A DNA stretch of 20,000 bases from an uncultured virus (IMG/VR IMGVR_UViG_3300038303_000074) (taxonomy: Duplodnaviria; Heunggongvirae; Uroviricota; Caudoviricetes): IMG/VR virus record IMGVR_UViG_3300038303_000074, one strand, 5' to 3'. Both the position numbers and the translations under genes were made by a program. This document shows, one piece after another, positions 1-8,465 of the stretch (the first letter of the stretch is position 1; each line of letters opens with the position of its first letter). Below the pieces are notes generated by a model. That model had not been told where the DNA came from and searched no databases. It saw only the letters and a program-made list of their open reading frames with translations.

Positions 1-1233
1 TTCAAGGCTCTGCGTGACGCAGGCGTCTCGCCGAAGCAGGCAGCCTTCGCAGCCAAGAACCTGACCGTCAACTTCAACAAGGGCGGCGAGGCCAAGACCC
101 TGGCCAACAGCCTGTACCTGTTCTACAACGCCAGTCTGCAGGGCACCTTCGTACTGGCCCGCGGCCTGCGCAACAAGCGCGTCCAGAAGTTCGTCGGCGG
201 CATCGTCGCCACCGGCTTCATGATGGACATGATGGCGCGCATGATGTGGGACGACGAGGATGAAGACGGCAAGCTGATCTACGACAAAATCCCCGACCAC
301 ATCCTTGAGCATAACATCATCATCCCGTGGGACACCGACCCCAAGGGCTATAAGAAAATCCCCCTGCCCTACGGGTTCAACGCCTTCTACAACACAGGCC
401 GGGCGCTCAGCGCCTACGCCAACGGCGGCAAGAAGGGCGGCGAGACAGCGAAGAGCATCGTCATGTCAGCAGTCGACGCCTTCAACCCGATGGGCGGCAC
501 GAACTCCTTCATCAACCTGGTCACGCCAACCATCCTCGACCCGGTCGTCGACCTCGCGGTGAACGAAGATTTCTCCGGGCGCAACATCGTGCCGGAGCGG
601 ATCGCCATGGGAACACGTCCTGCTCCACCACCACATGAACTTTACTGGAACAGCACCAGCACGGCATGGAAGACCCTGGCCACCGGCGTCGCAGAACTCA
701 CCGGCGGGTCGAAGGGTCGCGAGGGCGGCATCGACTTCAGCCCTGAGCACTACGAGTATGTCTGGGACTACTTCCTCGGCGGCGTTGGCAAGTTCGTCAT
801 GCGGACCTACAGCCTGGGCGAGAGCGTGACCACCGGCATGATCAAGGATGACTTCAGCGACATCGAGGTCGGGCAGATACCTTTCCTGCGCAAGGTCGTG
901 GGCTCGGTTACGAACCGCGAGAACACCTCGGCCTACTACGAGAACGGCAAAGACGTCATGGCCGCCAAGATGGAGGTCGATGCCTACCGCAAGAACCAGA
1001 ACTACGACGCCATGCGTCAGGTCCGCAAGGAGTACCCCCGGCAGCTCCGGCTGGTGGGCGTGTTCCGGTCTGCCGATCGCCGCCTCAACAACCTGCGCCA
1101 GCAGCTGGCCCGGGTACGCAGGCAGAAGGGCGATCTCAGCGCACGTCTTAAGAGAGAACAGAAGATCAAGGACCAGATGGACGTTGTAATTAACCGGACA
1201 AACCGCCTATACTACGCGGCGATGGAACGTTAA
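1..1233 (+). CDS. Large phage virion/DNA-ejection protein, C-terminal part with LPD38-like domain (5'-truncated by window edge)
   Basis: Frame 1 is open from base 1 (FKALRDAGVSPKQAAFAAKNLTVNFNKGG...FYNASLQG) into the 220..1233 ORF. The motifs TVNFN, FYNASLQG, KIPLPYGFNAF and N.DFSGRNIVP resemble LPD38-containing large polyvalent virion proteins. Confidence 0.75.
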   Translation, partial: FKALRDAGVSPKQAAFAAKNLTVNFNKGGEAKTLANSLYLFYNASLQGTFVLARGLRNKRVQKFVGGIVATGFMMDMMARMMWDDEDEDGKLIYDKIPDHILEHNIIIPWDTDPKGYKKIPLPYGFNAFYNTGRALSAYANGGKKGGETAKSIVMSAVDAFNPMGGTNSFINLVTPTILDPVVDLAVNEDFSGRNIVPERIAMGTRPAPPPHELYWNSTSTAWKTLATGVAELTGGSKGREGGIDFSPEHYEYVWDYFLGGVGKFVMRTYSLGESVTTGMIKDDFSDIEVGQIPFLRKVVGSVTNRENTSAYYENGKDVMAAKMEVDAYRKNQNYDAMRQVRKEYPRQLRLVGVFRSADRRLNNLRQQLARVRRQKGDLSARLKREQKIKDQMDVVINRTNRLYYAAMER

Positions 1234-1241
1234 TCAGGGAA

Positions 1242-1496
1242 ATGATCATGTCTGCTGTAATGAATATCGGCGACGCTGTCGCTGCGATGGAGACCGGCGA
1301 GAAGGTTGCGCGCATCGGGTGGAACGGGAAGGGCATGTGGCTTGAGCTGCAGGTTCCTGACGAGCATTCGAAGATGACGCTGCCATACGTCTACATCAAC
1401 TACCCCGCGGATGCCGACAACACCCCCGGCGCTCGGTGCCCGTGGCTGGCCAGCCAGACAGATTTGCTGGCCAAGGACTGGGTGCTGGTGCAATGA
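1242..1496 (+). CDS. DUF2829 family protein, Thoeris anti-defence 2 (Tad2)-like nucleotide sponge
   Basis: Family signature G.KVARxGWNGKGMWL...PY.YI...PWLASQTDLLAxDW. The start could be 1242, 1248 or 1260. Confidence 0.85.
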   Translation: MIMSAVMNIGDAVAAMETGEKVARIGWNGKGMWLELQVPDEHSKMTLPYVYINYPADADNTPGARCPWLASQTDLLAKDWVLVQ

Positions 1497-1948
1497 CCCC
1501 TCGTGGAATCCGGAACAACAACCCGGGCAACCTTGACTTCAACAAGGCGGCTTTCGGTCGCGACCCCTGGGTTGGTGAAGCCGGACCCGAGACTTTAAGC
1601 ACCGGGCGAGAGGGTCGCTTTACGACTTTCGACAGCCCCGAGCATGGCATCCGTGCCCTGTCCAAGGTGCTGCTAACTTACTGCCGCCTGCGCAAAGCCG
1701 CTGACGGTAGTCCGATCGACACGGTGCAGGAAATTCTCAACCGCTGGGCCCCGCCCCACGAGAACGACACCACGTCCTACGCCCGTCACGTCCGCGCACA
1801 GCTCGATCTCGAAGAGGGTGAGCTCGTGGACATCACTGACGTGGACGTGCTGGAAGACCTGGTCACCTCGATCATTGCTCACGAGAACGGCCAGCAGCCG
1901 TACTCCGAGGAAGTCATCGCCGAAGGTGTGCGACTAGCCCTGGCGTAA
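1493..1948 (+). CDS. Putative endolysin / lysozyme-like cell-wall hydrolase (structural protein P5-like family)
   Basis: ATG at 1493 overlaps the upstream TGA (ATGA). Motifs PRGIRNNNPGNL, F.SPEHGIRAL, RWAPPxENDTxSY and HENG. Lies directly upstream of holin- and spanin-like genes. Confidence 0.75.
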   Translation: MTPRGIRNNNPGNLDFNKAAFGRDPWVGEAGPETLSTGREGRFTTFDSPEHGIRALSKVLLTYCRLRKAADGSPIDTVQEILNRWAPPHENDTTSYARHVRAQLDLEEGELVDITDVDVLEDLVTSIIAHENGQQPYSEEVIAEGVRLALA

Positions 1949-1978
1949 CCACTCACCCCCAGTCGCGAGGAGAAGACA

Positions 1979-2164
1979 ATGGAAACCATGCTTAAAGGTA
2001 AGAAGTCCTACATCGTTGCGATCCTGATGCTCGCCGTCGGCGTCGTCAACATGCTGACCGGCGATGCCAGTGGCACGCAGATGGTCATGGACAACGCGAT
2101 GGTCCTGCTTAATGGCGCTGGCCTGATGGCGCTGCGTGCCGGTGTTGATAAAGCCGCAGGCTGA
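1979..2164 (+). CDS. Putative holin (61 aa, two hydrophobic segments)
   Basis: RBS GAGGAG upstream. The pattern LKGKKSYIVA...LMALRAGV with two TM-like stretches fits a small holin, as does its position in the lysis cassette. Confidence 0.65.
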   Translation: METMLKGKKSYIVAILMLAVGVVNMLTGDASGTQMVMDNAMVLLNGAGLMALRAGVDKAAG

Positions 2165-2403
2165 TGTTCACCTGGGCGTCAATAATTGCTAACGTCCTGA
2201 AGCTGGGTAACCTGATCATGGGAATGGTCAGGGATGCCCGGCTTCGTCGGGACGGCAAGAACGAACTCGCGGCAGACAATGCTGTCGTGGCTGAAAAGGC
2301 AAGGGAGAAGGCTGATGAAATCCAGACGCTTGACGATGCCAATGATGCTTTTGAGCGCAATGCTCCTGACCGCGTGTCAGGCAACTCCGCTCCTGATAAC
2401 TAG
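2164..2403 (+). CDS. Putative inner-membrane spanin (Rz-like)
   Basis: N-terminal hydrophobic anchor followed by an Ala/charged helical periplasmic part; overlapped by a lipoprotein ORF in another frame. Confidence 0.6.
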   Translation: MFTWASIIANVLKLGNLIMGMVRDARLRRDGKNELAADNAVVAEKAREKADEIQTLDDANDAFERNAPDRVSGNSAPDN

Positions 2404-2539
2404 CTGTCCCACCTTCACATGGCCACCGTCAAAGGTCATAAAGGTTATGAAGGCAGAGGCGGCTAAGGATACCGCTGTTGCTCTCTGGTGGCGCGACCTG
2501 GCCCGCCACGGCACTGAGTGCAAAGCGCTAAATGAATGA
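2315..2539 (+). CDS. Putative outer-membrane spanin lipoprotein (Rz1-like)
   Basis: ATG 2315 follows AGGGAG. MKSRRLTMPMMLLSAMLLTA-C gives a lipobox (LTAC) followed by a Pro/Cys-containing mature part; overlaps the 3' part of the i-spanin gene. Confidence 0.65.
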   Translation: MKSRRLTMPMMLLSAMLLTACQATPLLITSCPTFTWPPSKVIKVMKAEAAKDTAVALWWRDLARHGTECKALNE

Positions 2540-2727
2540 GCATCTGGCTCCTCGTAGCCATGTGGTGCATCGCACAGCCGGTGCCCTTCTGTGTGAGGAT
2601 GGAGATACCAGACCTGACCCTCGGCCAGTGCTATAGAGCCAAGCCCCTCGCGATCAACCGCGCCATGCAAGAGGGTGCGTTTGAGTTCGACGCCTACTGC
2701 GTCGTCGGCACCAGCTATCCTACGTAA
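2536..2727 (+). CDS. Small hypothetical protein with hydrophobic N-terminus and 4 Cys
   Basis: ATGA overlap with the o-spanin stop; GC3-rich codons; converges on the next gene. Confidence 0.5.
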   Translation: MSIWLLVAMWCIAQPVPFCVRMEIPDLTLGQCYRAKPLAINRAMQEGAFEFDAYCVVGTSYPT

Positions 2728-3529
2728 CCACCTCGTAGTCTTTCGACACGAACCCCCGCCCGCCGATCAGCGTCGCCGGGATCATAATTTTCTTTTCTTC
2801 CAGCGTGTCCCTGTGCAAGGTGCGGATGTGCCCTCGCCGCCAGTGCTGGCGGGGGCTGGCGTGGGTGCCGCCCAGCGGGATAATGCCGCCTGATTTGCTG
2901 ACGCCTTTAATCTTGACGACGTGGTGGTCGTACAGCGGGACCTTCCCCTTTTTCAGGCGGCGCTTGTTGAGCCTTTTCGGGGCGGCTACCTCCGCGACTT
3001 CGACGGCGTCAGAAGCCAGAAGCGCCATCGCGACAAGTACCAGGTATACGGATTTATCAATCAAGTTATTGATTGCCTCGTCGGGCTCTGGCTCTCCTAC
3101 GAGCCCCGAGCGGCGGTAGGCGAGCTCGCCGTCTTCGACAGTTAGCGTGACCTTGTACAGGATGGGCACGTTACCAAGGCCGTACTCTGGAATTTTTGCC
3201 CCGCAGATAAACGGAGTGGCGCTGATGGCCCCCGCGCCATCGTTCCAAACGATCGCTGCAGCAAGCTGCCCGTTCATGGAGCACTCAAAGTACGAGATGT
3301 CAAAAGGCAGCTGCCCTAAGCCTTCCTCGAACATGTTTTGGCCTGTTGCGCCCAGCTGTTTGACGTCGTCAAAGGTAAAATCGCCCAGGTTAAACTTACC
3401 TGCGATGGCTAGTTGCGCTTGGCACGTAATGAAGTAGTCCCTTCTGGGTTTCATGTTTGAGCCAGACGTCGCCCCCCACATATTAATCAACGTGGTGAGG
3501 TCTTCCATAAGCTTATGTGCGTGTAACAT
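2720..3529 (-). CDS. Conserved phage hypothetical protein with C-terminal SPRxHxRRGHxR motif
   Basis: 269-aa ORF. The C-terminus KRLNKRRLKKGK...GGTHASPRQHWRRGHIRTL...KDY is a pattern I recognise from uncharacterised phage proteins. Confidence 0.75.
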   Translation of the reverse strand: MLHAHKLMEDLTTLINMWGATSGSNMKPRRDYFITCQAQLAIAGKFNLGDFTFDDVKQLGATGQNMFEEGLGQLPFDISYFECSMNGQLAAAIVWNDGAGAISATPFICGAKIPEYGLGNVPILYKVTLTVEDGELAYRRSGLVGEPEPDEAINNLIDKSVYLVLVAMALLASDAVEVAEVAAPKRLNKRRLKKGKVPLYDHHVVKIKGVSKSGGIIPLGGTHASPRQHWRRGHIRTLHRDTLEEKKIMIPATLIGGRGFVSKDYEVVT

Positions 3530-3541
3530 CTCAGGTCCCTT

Positions 3542-4198
3542 TCATTTCAACATCTCCCGCCGCACCCTGTCGATCACGTCGCCAGCGCGGTGGCGCTTCC
3601 ACTCCTCGAACGCATTCTGATCGCTCGCCGGGTACGCCACGCCATTGAAGACGCGTGCGGTGTTTTCATCCTCGGGCGCGTTGCCGAGCAGATGGTGGTG
3701 GTACTCGAACTTGACGCCCGGGCGGTAGCACCGGACGCCCAGCTCCTTGACCAGCAGTTCCCAGTAATCATCCACGAACCAGTGGATCAGGGTGCGGGGC
3801 ACCCAGTAGCCTATAGCTCTGAGCAGCTTGCCCCCGAACACCACACCGCCAGCGACACGATGGCCATGCTTCCAGCCGTCGTCCCCCCAGGCGATGCCCC
3901 AGTCACCGGCAGCCTCGATCAGGGTCTGGTCCCAGCCCTGCGTCACAGGGCGGCAGCCATCCGTCAGGAAGCCGTAGTATGGTCGATCAGGGGATGTGTC
4001 GAAACAGTGGTTCATGGTCTGGGCCAGCTCACGGTGCGGCTCAAGGTTCCAGGTCGACCAGTTGTCTGGCTCGATCAGGACGAGTTCGTCGCCGCCGTCG
4101 TTCACAGCGACAGCGGGGGCGGTCATGCCGGTGGCTTCGCAGTGTTCGACAGTCTGCCGGGCTGCACCGATCCGGTTGCGGGTTATAAGAAAAAACAT
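3542..4198 (-). CDS. Glycosyltransferase family 2 (GT-A fold)-like protein
   Basis: Motifs VNDGG, YGFLTDGCRPVTQGWD, IAWGDDG, HWFVDD and EYHHH resemble phage GT2-like proteins. Confidence 0.65.
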   Translation of the reverse strand: MFFLITRNRIGAARQTVEHCEATGMTAPAVAVNDGGDELVLIEPDNWSTWNLEPHRELAQTMNHCFDTSPDRPYYGFLTDGCRPVTQGWDQTLIEAAGDWGIAWGDDGWKHGHRVAGGVVFGGKLLRAIGYWVPRTLIHWFVDDYWELLVKELGVRCYRPGVKFEYHHHLLGNAPEDENTARVFNGVAYPASDQNAFEEWKRHRAGDVIDRVRREMLK

Positions 4199-4216
4199 CA
4201 GGGCTCCCGGTTAATA

Positions 4217-4264
4217 TTGCTTGTAAACAAGAGCACCGTATCGTATAGCTTGTGCATACACAAG
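4217..4264 (+). promoter_or_regulatory. Putative sigma70 promoter plus 16-bp inverted-repeat operator upstream of HTH gene
   Basis: Candidate promoters TTGCTT-16-TATCGT (4217-4244) or TTGTAA-17-TATAGC (4221-4249). Inverted repeat CTTGTG-CATA-CACAAG at 4249-4264 abuts the RBS AAGGAG. Confidence 0.5.
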
Positions 4265-4274
4265 GAGAAATTTA

Positions 4275-4559
4275 ATGGGTATCAAAAAAGAGTTGATCGC
4301 CGAGATCGACGCCTTCCTGAAATACTACGAGATCGCCCCGACATCGTTCGGTCGCGACTGCATGAACAACACCGCGTTCATGGAGCGCCTGCGCAACGTG
4401 GATGGCCGTGTCACCGACGCCACCATCGACAAGGTGCGGGCGTACATCAAGAAGCACGACGACAAGGACGACGCAGCCAAGCCCGTGGAGATCGCCCGGC
4501 GTGCAGGTCCACCTACCCCTGCCCGGCGCAAGGGTTCGAGCTGGAGGGCTGCCGTGTGA
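4275..4559 (+). CDS. Small HTH (Cro/XRE-like) transcriptional regulator
   Basis: The pattern IDAFL...IAPTSFGR..MNN..F..RLR...T..T.DKVRAYI is typical of small alphaproteobacterial phage HTH proteins; strong RBS. Confidence 0.7.
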   Translation: MGIKKELIAEIDAFLKYYEIAPTSFGRDCMNNTAFMERLRNVDGRVTDATIDKVRAYIKKHDDKDDAAKPVEIARRAGPPTPARRKGSSWRAAV

Positions 4560-4840
4560 GTACGTTAAAAGATTTCGACGAGACCTTCGAGACGATCACC
4601 CAGGACCGCGGCGTAGACTACGGCCACCCGCTGGACGACTTCGCCATCGCAGCCGCTATCAAGGAGGCGGTGGCGTCCTGCCCGGACAAGGAAGTCCGGC
4701 ACGCGCTGGAAATGATCGGGGTCAAAATGGCCAGGCTCTGCAAAACGCCGACCCACCCGGACAGCGTCATTGATATTGCAGGCTATGCCCGCACCATCCC
4801 CATGATACACGACGAGCGAGCACGGCGTAAGTTGCTTTGA
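4556..4840 (+). CDS. DUF6378-like (nucleotide-modification-associated, all-alpha) protein
   Basis: GTG at 4556 overlaps the upstream TGA; RBS GGAGG at 4543. Motif DRGxDYGHP.DDF...M..VKMAR...H.DS.IDIAGY. Confidence 0.75.
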   Translation: MSTLKDFDETFETITQDRGVDYGHPLDDFAIAAAIKEAVASCPDKEVRHALEMIGVKMARLCKTPTHPDSVIDIAGYARTIPMIHDERARRKLL

Positions 4841-4852
4841 CAAAGGTGACGT

Positions 4853-6937
4853 TCATTTCTTGTACCTCTTGCCGTGCCAGAGCTCGACCTCAAGCGGCAG
4901 GCCGGGGGCCCATAGCGGCACGTCTTTCATGACGTCCTCAAGGGTGCCCCAGGCATCGCCGACTTCAGCGTCGAGAACCTCCAGCAATATTTCATCGTGG
5001 ACGTGACCAACGATGGGCCAGTCCAGCTCGTCCATCATGCGCAGCCCGCGCTTGAGGATCGACGCCGACACTGCCTGCGTGTTGTTCTCGGCCAGCAGCC
5101 CGCCGTAGAGCTGGACCCTGCCCCACTCAGTCTCGCCGCGCTTGGGTTTCCAGCCAGCTTTGACAGCTGTCAGCCGGTCCTGAAAGCCCCAGCGGCCCTC
5201 GACCGTCTCGATCCGGGGCTTGGGGTACGACAGCACCTGCCCGCTCGGCAACATGCAGTACAGGGCCTGCATGTTCTCGGGGCACATGTATGTCACGAAC
5301 CCCACCTTGTAGCTCTTGCCGGGGTTCGATACCGCGTTGGTGGCAGCGAAGTCGAGGTCGGCCCAGTAGTCCACGGCCCACGGGTTCGACGCACGCCATG
5401 CCTTTTTGATCTTGTCGGCCTCACTGTCTTCAATGTGGACCCCGTAATTTCTCGCCATGGACTGGAAGGCCTTGACGCCACCCTGGTAGCCCATGGACAG
5501 CACGGTGACCTTGCCGATCTGGCGCTCCGGCTTTGTGATCGCATCGGCCGGAACGTTATAGATGCCTGAAGCGGCCACCATATAGACGTCAGGCCGGGCG
5601 GGGTTCTCGTCCACGTCCTTGAAGACCTTGAGCATCTTGCGCCCGCCTGCACTGTCGGTCAGCCACGGCAGCACCCGGGCCTCAATGCCAGCCCAGTCAC
5701 TGCAGACGTAGGAGTATCCCTCCTGAGCGATCAGGGAGGGCCTGAGCATGGACGCCAGCGTGTTCATAACCTCGCCTTCAGCGATCGGCGTGTGGGCCAT
5801 CAGGGAGGCCCTGAGGACCTCTGGCTCCTTCGAGCAGTCTCTGGTGAAGTTGTGTACCTGAAGGCCTTGAGACGAAGCCCTGAGCGTCTGGCCAGCCCCT
5901 GCGAAGCTGAACGCACCCCGTACGCGATCGTCGTCAGGGTCAGAGCGCAGGCACATGGCCTTGTACTTGGAGATCGATGACCGCCCGGCATCCTCCAGCA
6001 GCTGCACAAACTCAAGGCAGATCGGTGCGATCCGCCCGGGGCTCATAGTCTCCAGCTTCAGGATGTCAGCCCGTGCGGTCTTGTCGAGGGTGATCTTGCG
6101 GGTCTCTTCACGGGTCTGGCGATCGGTGGTGACGCGGGTCATGGCCTTGCGGATGTCGTCGTCGCCGTCCATGTAGATTTCCATCCACTCTTTATGGCGG
6201 GCGAACTGGCGGGGGCTGTCGATCTGGCCGTTGGTAATGCGGTTCAGCTCGACGCTGATCTCATAGACCTCGGCGTCGGCGTACTTGATGGCCGCCTCGG
6301 CGAACTCGCGATCCACCTTGAGGCCGCGGTCGTTGATGCGCTCGTTGACGATATAGTCCTGCCACTCCTCGTCGGTCAGGGGCGGGGTCATCTTGGCAGC
6401 GGTGCGCTCGACGATGACGTCGGTGTCACAGTAGCGGTACATCTCCTCCAGCAGGTCGGGGTCCATGTTGAAGACGCCGGTGTCCAGATCGGGCGGCCCG
6501 GGTATGGAGAGCAGCTTGATCAGCTCCTTGCCGCGGCGGTCTTTCTGGGTCCGCAGTCCGAGGCAGGCACCTAGATCGTCGAGGCCACCAGGCAGTGCGC
6601 GGGCACGGGCCTGCGCCATGGTGCAGTAGAACATTTCGAGCGGCGGCTCGGGCACGTCGTAGTCAGGGCAGACCACATACCAGAAGATCACCCGCTCGAA
6701 CGCTGCGTTGTGAGCGTGTATGCTGCGATCGTGACCGGCTTTGATATGGTCGATGATAACCTGGGGGAACGGCTCACCGCTGAGCGGGTTCCAGCTGGTC
6801 GGCTTGTCGTCGCCGAAGCCGTAGCTCAAACAGATCAGGCTGGTGGAGGGGTGGACAGCGTAGTTGTACGCGCCTTCCTTGATCAGGTTGACCCGGCTCC
6901 GGGTCTCGAAGTCGATGTGCAGTTCAGGTATCTGCAT
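4853..6937 (-). CDS. polA: Phage DNA polymerase, family A, with 3'-5' exonuclease domain
   Basis: Start MQIPELHIDFETRS at 6937 with RBS GGAGG. Exo motifs DFETRS, AHNAAFE and YCDTDV; polymerase motif A DWAGIEARV, motif B RQIGKVTVLSMGYQGG, motif C HVHDEI. Confidence 0.95.
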   Translation of the reverse strand: MQIPELHIDFETRSRVNLIKEGAYNYAVHPSTSLICLSYGFGDDKPTSWNPLSGEPFPQVIIDHIKAGHDRSIHAHNAAFERVIFWYVVCPDYDVPEPPLEMFYCTMAQARARALPGGLDDLGACLGLRTQKDRRGKELIKLLSIPGPPDLDTGVFNMDPDLLEEMYRYCDTDVIVERTAAKMTPPLTDEEWQDYIVNERINDRGLKVDREFAEAAIKYADAEVYEISVELNRITNGQIDSPRQFARHKEWMEIYMDGDDDIRKAMTRVTTDRQTREETRKITLDKTARADILKLETMSPGRIAPICLEFVQLLEDAGRSSISKYKAMCLRSDPDDDRVRGAFSFAGAGQTLRASSQGLQVHNFTRDCSKEPEVLRASLMAHTPIAEGEVMNTLASMLRPSLIAQEGYSYVCSDWAGIEARVLPWLTDSAGGRKMLKVFKDVDENPARPDVYMVAASGIYNVPADAITKPERQIGKVTVLSMGYQGGVKAFQSMARNYGVHIEDSEADKIKKAWRASNPWAVDYWADLDFAATNAVSNPGKSYKVGFVTYMCPENMQALYCMLPSGQVLSYPKPRIETVEGRWGFQDRLTAVKAGWKPKRGETEWGRVQLYGGLLAENNTQAVSASILKRGLRMMDELDWPIVGHVHDEILLEVLDAEVGDAWGTLEDVMKDVPLWAPGLPLEVELWHGKRYKK

Positions 6938-6938
6938 G

Positions 6939-7562
6939 TTATAAATCCTCCCACTGCTTAGCCAGACGCTCCGCGTTCTCTGCGGTGCGCTCGGCTTTAA
7001 GCTCTTCGATCCTGCCAGCGATCTGCTGCTCGTCGTCAAGGTAGCCCCAGGTCTTGCGGTTAATGATGGGACTGAGGTTCCCTTTCGACATTGGGTAAAC
7101 CTCTATTATGTCCGCGTAGCTATCACCAAGTTTGCGACGCGCGCGCATGTCAATGATGTCGGTCTCTTCATAGACGCGGTTACCCAACCTGTGGTTTCCG
7201 TGCCGCACTTTATCCGCAGCGTTCTCGGCGGCAGTCGCCCAGCGCAGGTTGGTGTAGTGGTTGTTCGAGGGGTTCCCGTCGTAGTGGGCGCACTGGTGAT
7301 CGTCGGAAGGTTTCGGCCCTACGAAAGCGTGGAGCACCAGAGTATGCGCCTGAACGGTTTTCGACGGTGCGTTGCGCCCCGCCATACCGGCGTCACGCAG
7401 TTTATATTTAACATACCCCTGGGGGTCGGAAGTCCCCGTCATAATTTTTCCGGCAGGGTACCTGTACGAACCGTCCAGGAGCTGGTAGCGGTCAACGAGG
7501 CTGCGTAGCTGGCCATATTCGGACACCTCGTACTCAGGGTGAATGCTCTGTCTCCACTCCAT
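6939..7562 (-). CDS. Free-standing NUMOD4-HNH homing endonuclease
   Basis: ATG at 7562 overlaps the MTase TAA (TAATG). NUMOD4 motif WR.....YEVS.YGQLRS; HNH motif HTLVLHAFVGPKP...CAHYDGNPSNNHYTNLRWAT.AEN; C-terminal HTH-like part. Confidence 0.9.
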   Translation of the reverse strand: MEWRQSIHPEYEVSEYGQLRSLVDRYQLLDGSYRYPAGKIMTGTSDPQGYVKYKLRDAGMAGRNAPSKTVQAHTLVLHAFVGPKPSDDHQCAHYDGNPSNNHYTNLRWATAAENAADKVRHGNHRLGNRVYEETDIIDMRARRKLGDSYADIIEVYPMSKGNLSPIINRKTWGYLDDEQQIAGRIEELKAERTAENAERLAKQWEDL

Positions 7563-8182
7563 TACAAGTCTCCCCATTGATCGGCCATAGCATCCGCCAG
7601 GCCCTGATAAGTTATCGACCGCAACATTTGACGATCTTCTGACGGCGGCAGGTAGTGCAGCCGCTGTTGAATGTTCTTGGGCAGTGCATCTGTCTCGGTC
7701 TTGACGTTGTTCGTCGGCACCAACGGCGGCAGGTTCTTGAGCCACAGGCAAGTTGCCTTCTTTTCCATGTGACCGAACATCCACGGTTGGACTACCTGCG
7801 TCTGCTTGACGCCGATTAGTTCCTTGGCATAGCCGTGCATCACAGGATTTTCGACGCAGATTTTATCAGCAGGTGCGTTGAGCATCGCTTCAAAGAACCG
7901 GGCACCGTCCACCATGTCAGCCCAACGCTTGACGTTGACGCCGTTCTCTTTGCGTTTGTCCTTGTACAAGTGGCAAACCCCGGAGTTTGAAAGATAAGTG
8001 CAGGGCGGGTGCGCGATTATTAAGTCCCACTTATGCCGGTCCAAGTGATCAAGAACATCCCCTTGAATGTGGTATTCTGGATCATCACTTGGTAGAATAT
8101 CACACGACCAGGCAACATGCCCTTTGGCCCTGAACGCATCGCGCACGACGCCGGAAAATTCACATGCGACGAGGACCCTCAC
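7562..8182 (-). CDS. Short DNA cytosine-C5 methyltransferase-like protein
   Basis: GTG start. VLVACEFSG (variant motif I), SCD, DLIIAHPPC (catalytic PC) and ENPV; only 206 aa with no obvious large TRD. Confidence 0.8.
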   Translation of the reverse strand: MRVLVACEFSGVVRDAFRAKGHVAWSCDILPSDDPEYHIQGDVLDHLDRHKWDLIIAHPPCTYLSNSGVCHLYKDKRKENGVNVKRWADMVDGARFFEAMLNAPADKICVENPVMHGYAKELIGVKQTQVVQPWMFGHMEKKATCLWLKNLPPLVPTNNVKTETDALPKNIQQRLHYLPPSEDRQMLRSITYQGLADAMADQWGDL

Positions 8183-8436
8183 TTGTCGTACTCCGCGCCG
8201 ACCCCGTCGAGCACGCTCTCCAGGTACTTGATGCGGGCGTGGTCTGCGGTCGCGGAAGTTTCAATCTCCTGCTCGATCTCTTCATCGCTGTTCACTTCAC
8301 TGTCGCGCAGGAACTGTATCTCGGCCAGCACGTCATGCAACCACGGCAGTTTCTTGGCCGTCGTCATCTCCATGCGGAACAGATCGTTATCGCTAGGGGT
8401 GCGACGACCCCGTAAATTATAGTTGAGTGTTGTCAT
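8179..8436 (-). CDS. Hypothetical protein (85 aa, acidic)
   Basis: ATG 8436 preceded by GGGAAGG; stop overlaps the MTase GTG start. Confidence 0.6.
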   Translation of the reverse strand: MTTLNYNLRGRRTPSDNDLFRMEMTTAKKLPWLHDVLAEIQFLRDSEVNSDEEIEQEIETSATADHARIKYLESVLDGVGAEYDK

Positions 8437-8465
8437 AGCAAAAACCTTCCCGGTTAAAGTTAGTG

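Noticed and set aside
3590..4555. 416-aa plus-strand ORF 3590..4840
   Set aside because: Mostly the antisense shadow of the GT2-like gene and an off-frame overlap of the HTH gene. Only the part from GTG 4556 has an RBS and a recognisable domain.
7563..7784. N-terminal extensions given by the ORF track for HNH (also polA 6938-7039, helicase 12118-12333, endolysin 1436-1492)
   Set aside because: They overlap neighbouring genes. Downstream starts have SDs or stop-start coupling and coincide with domain starts.
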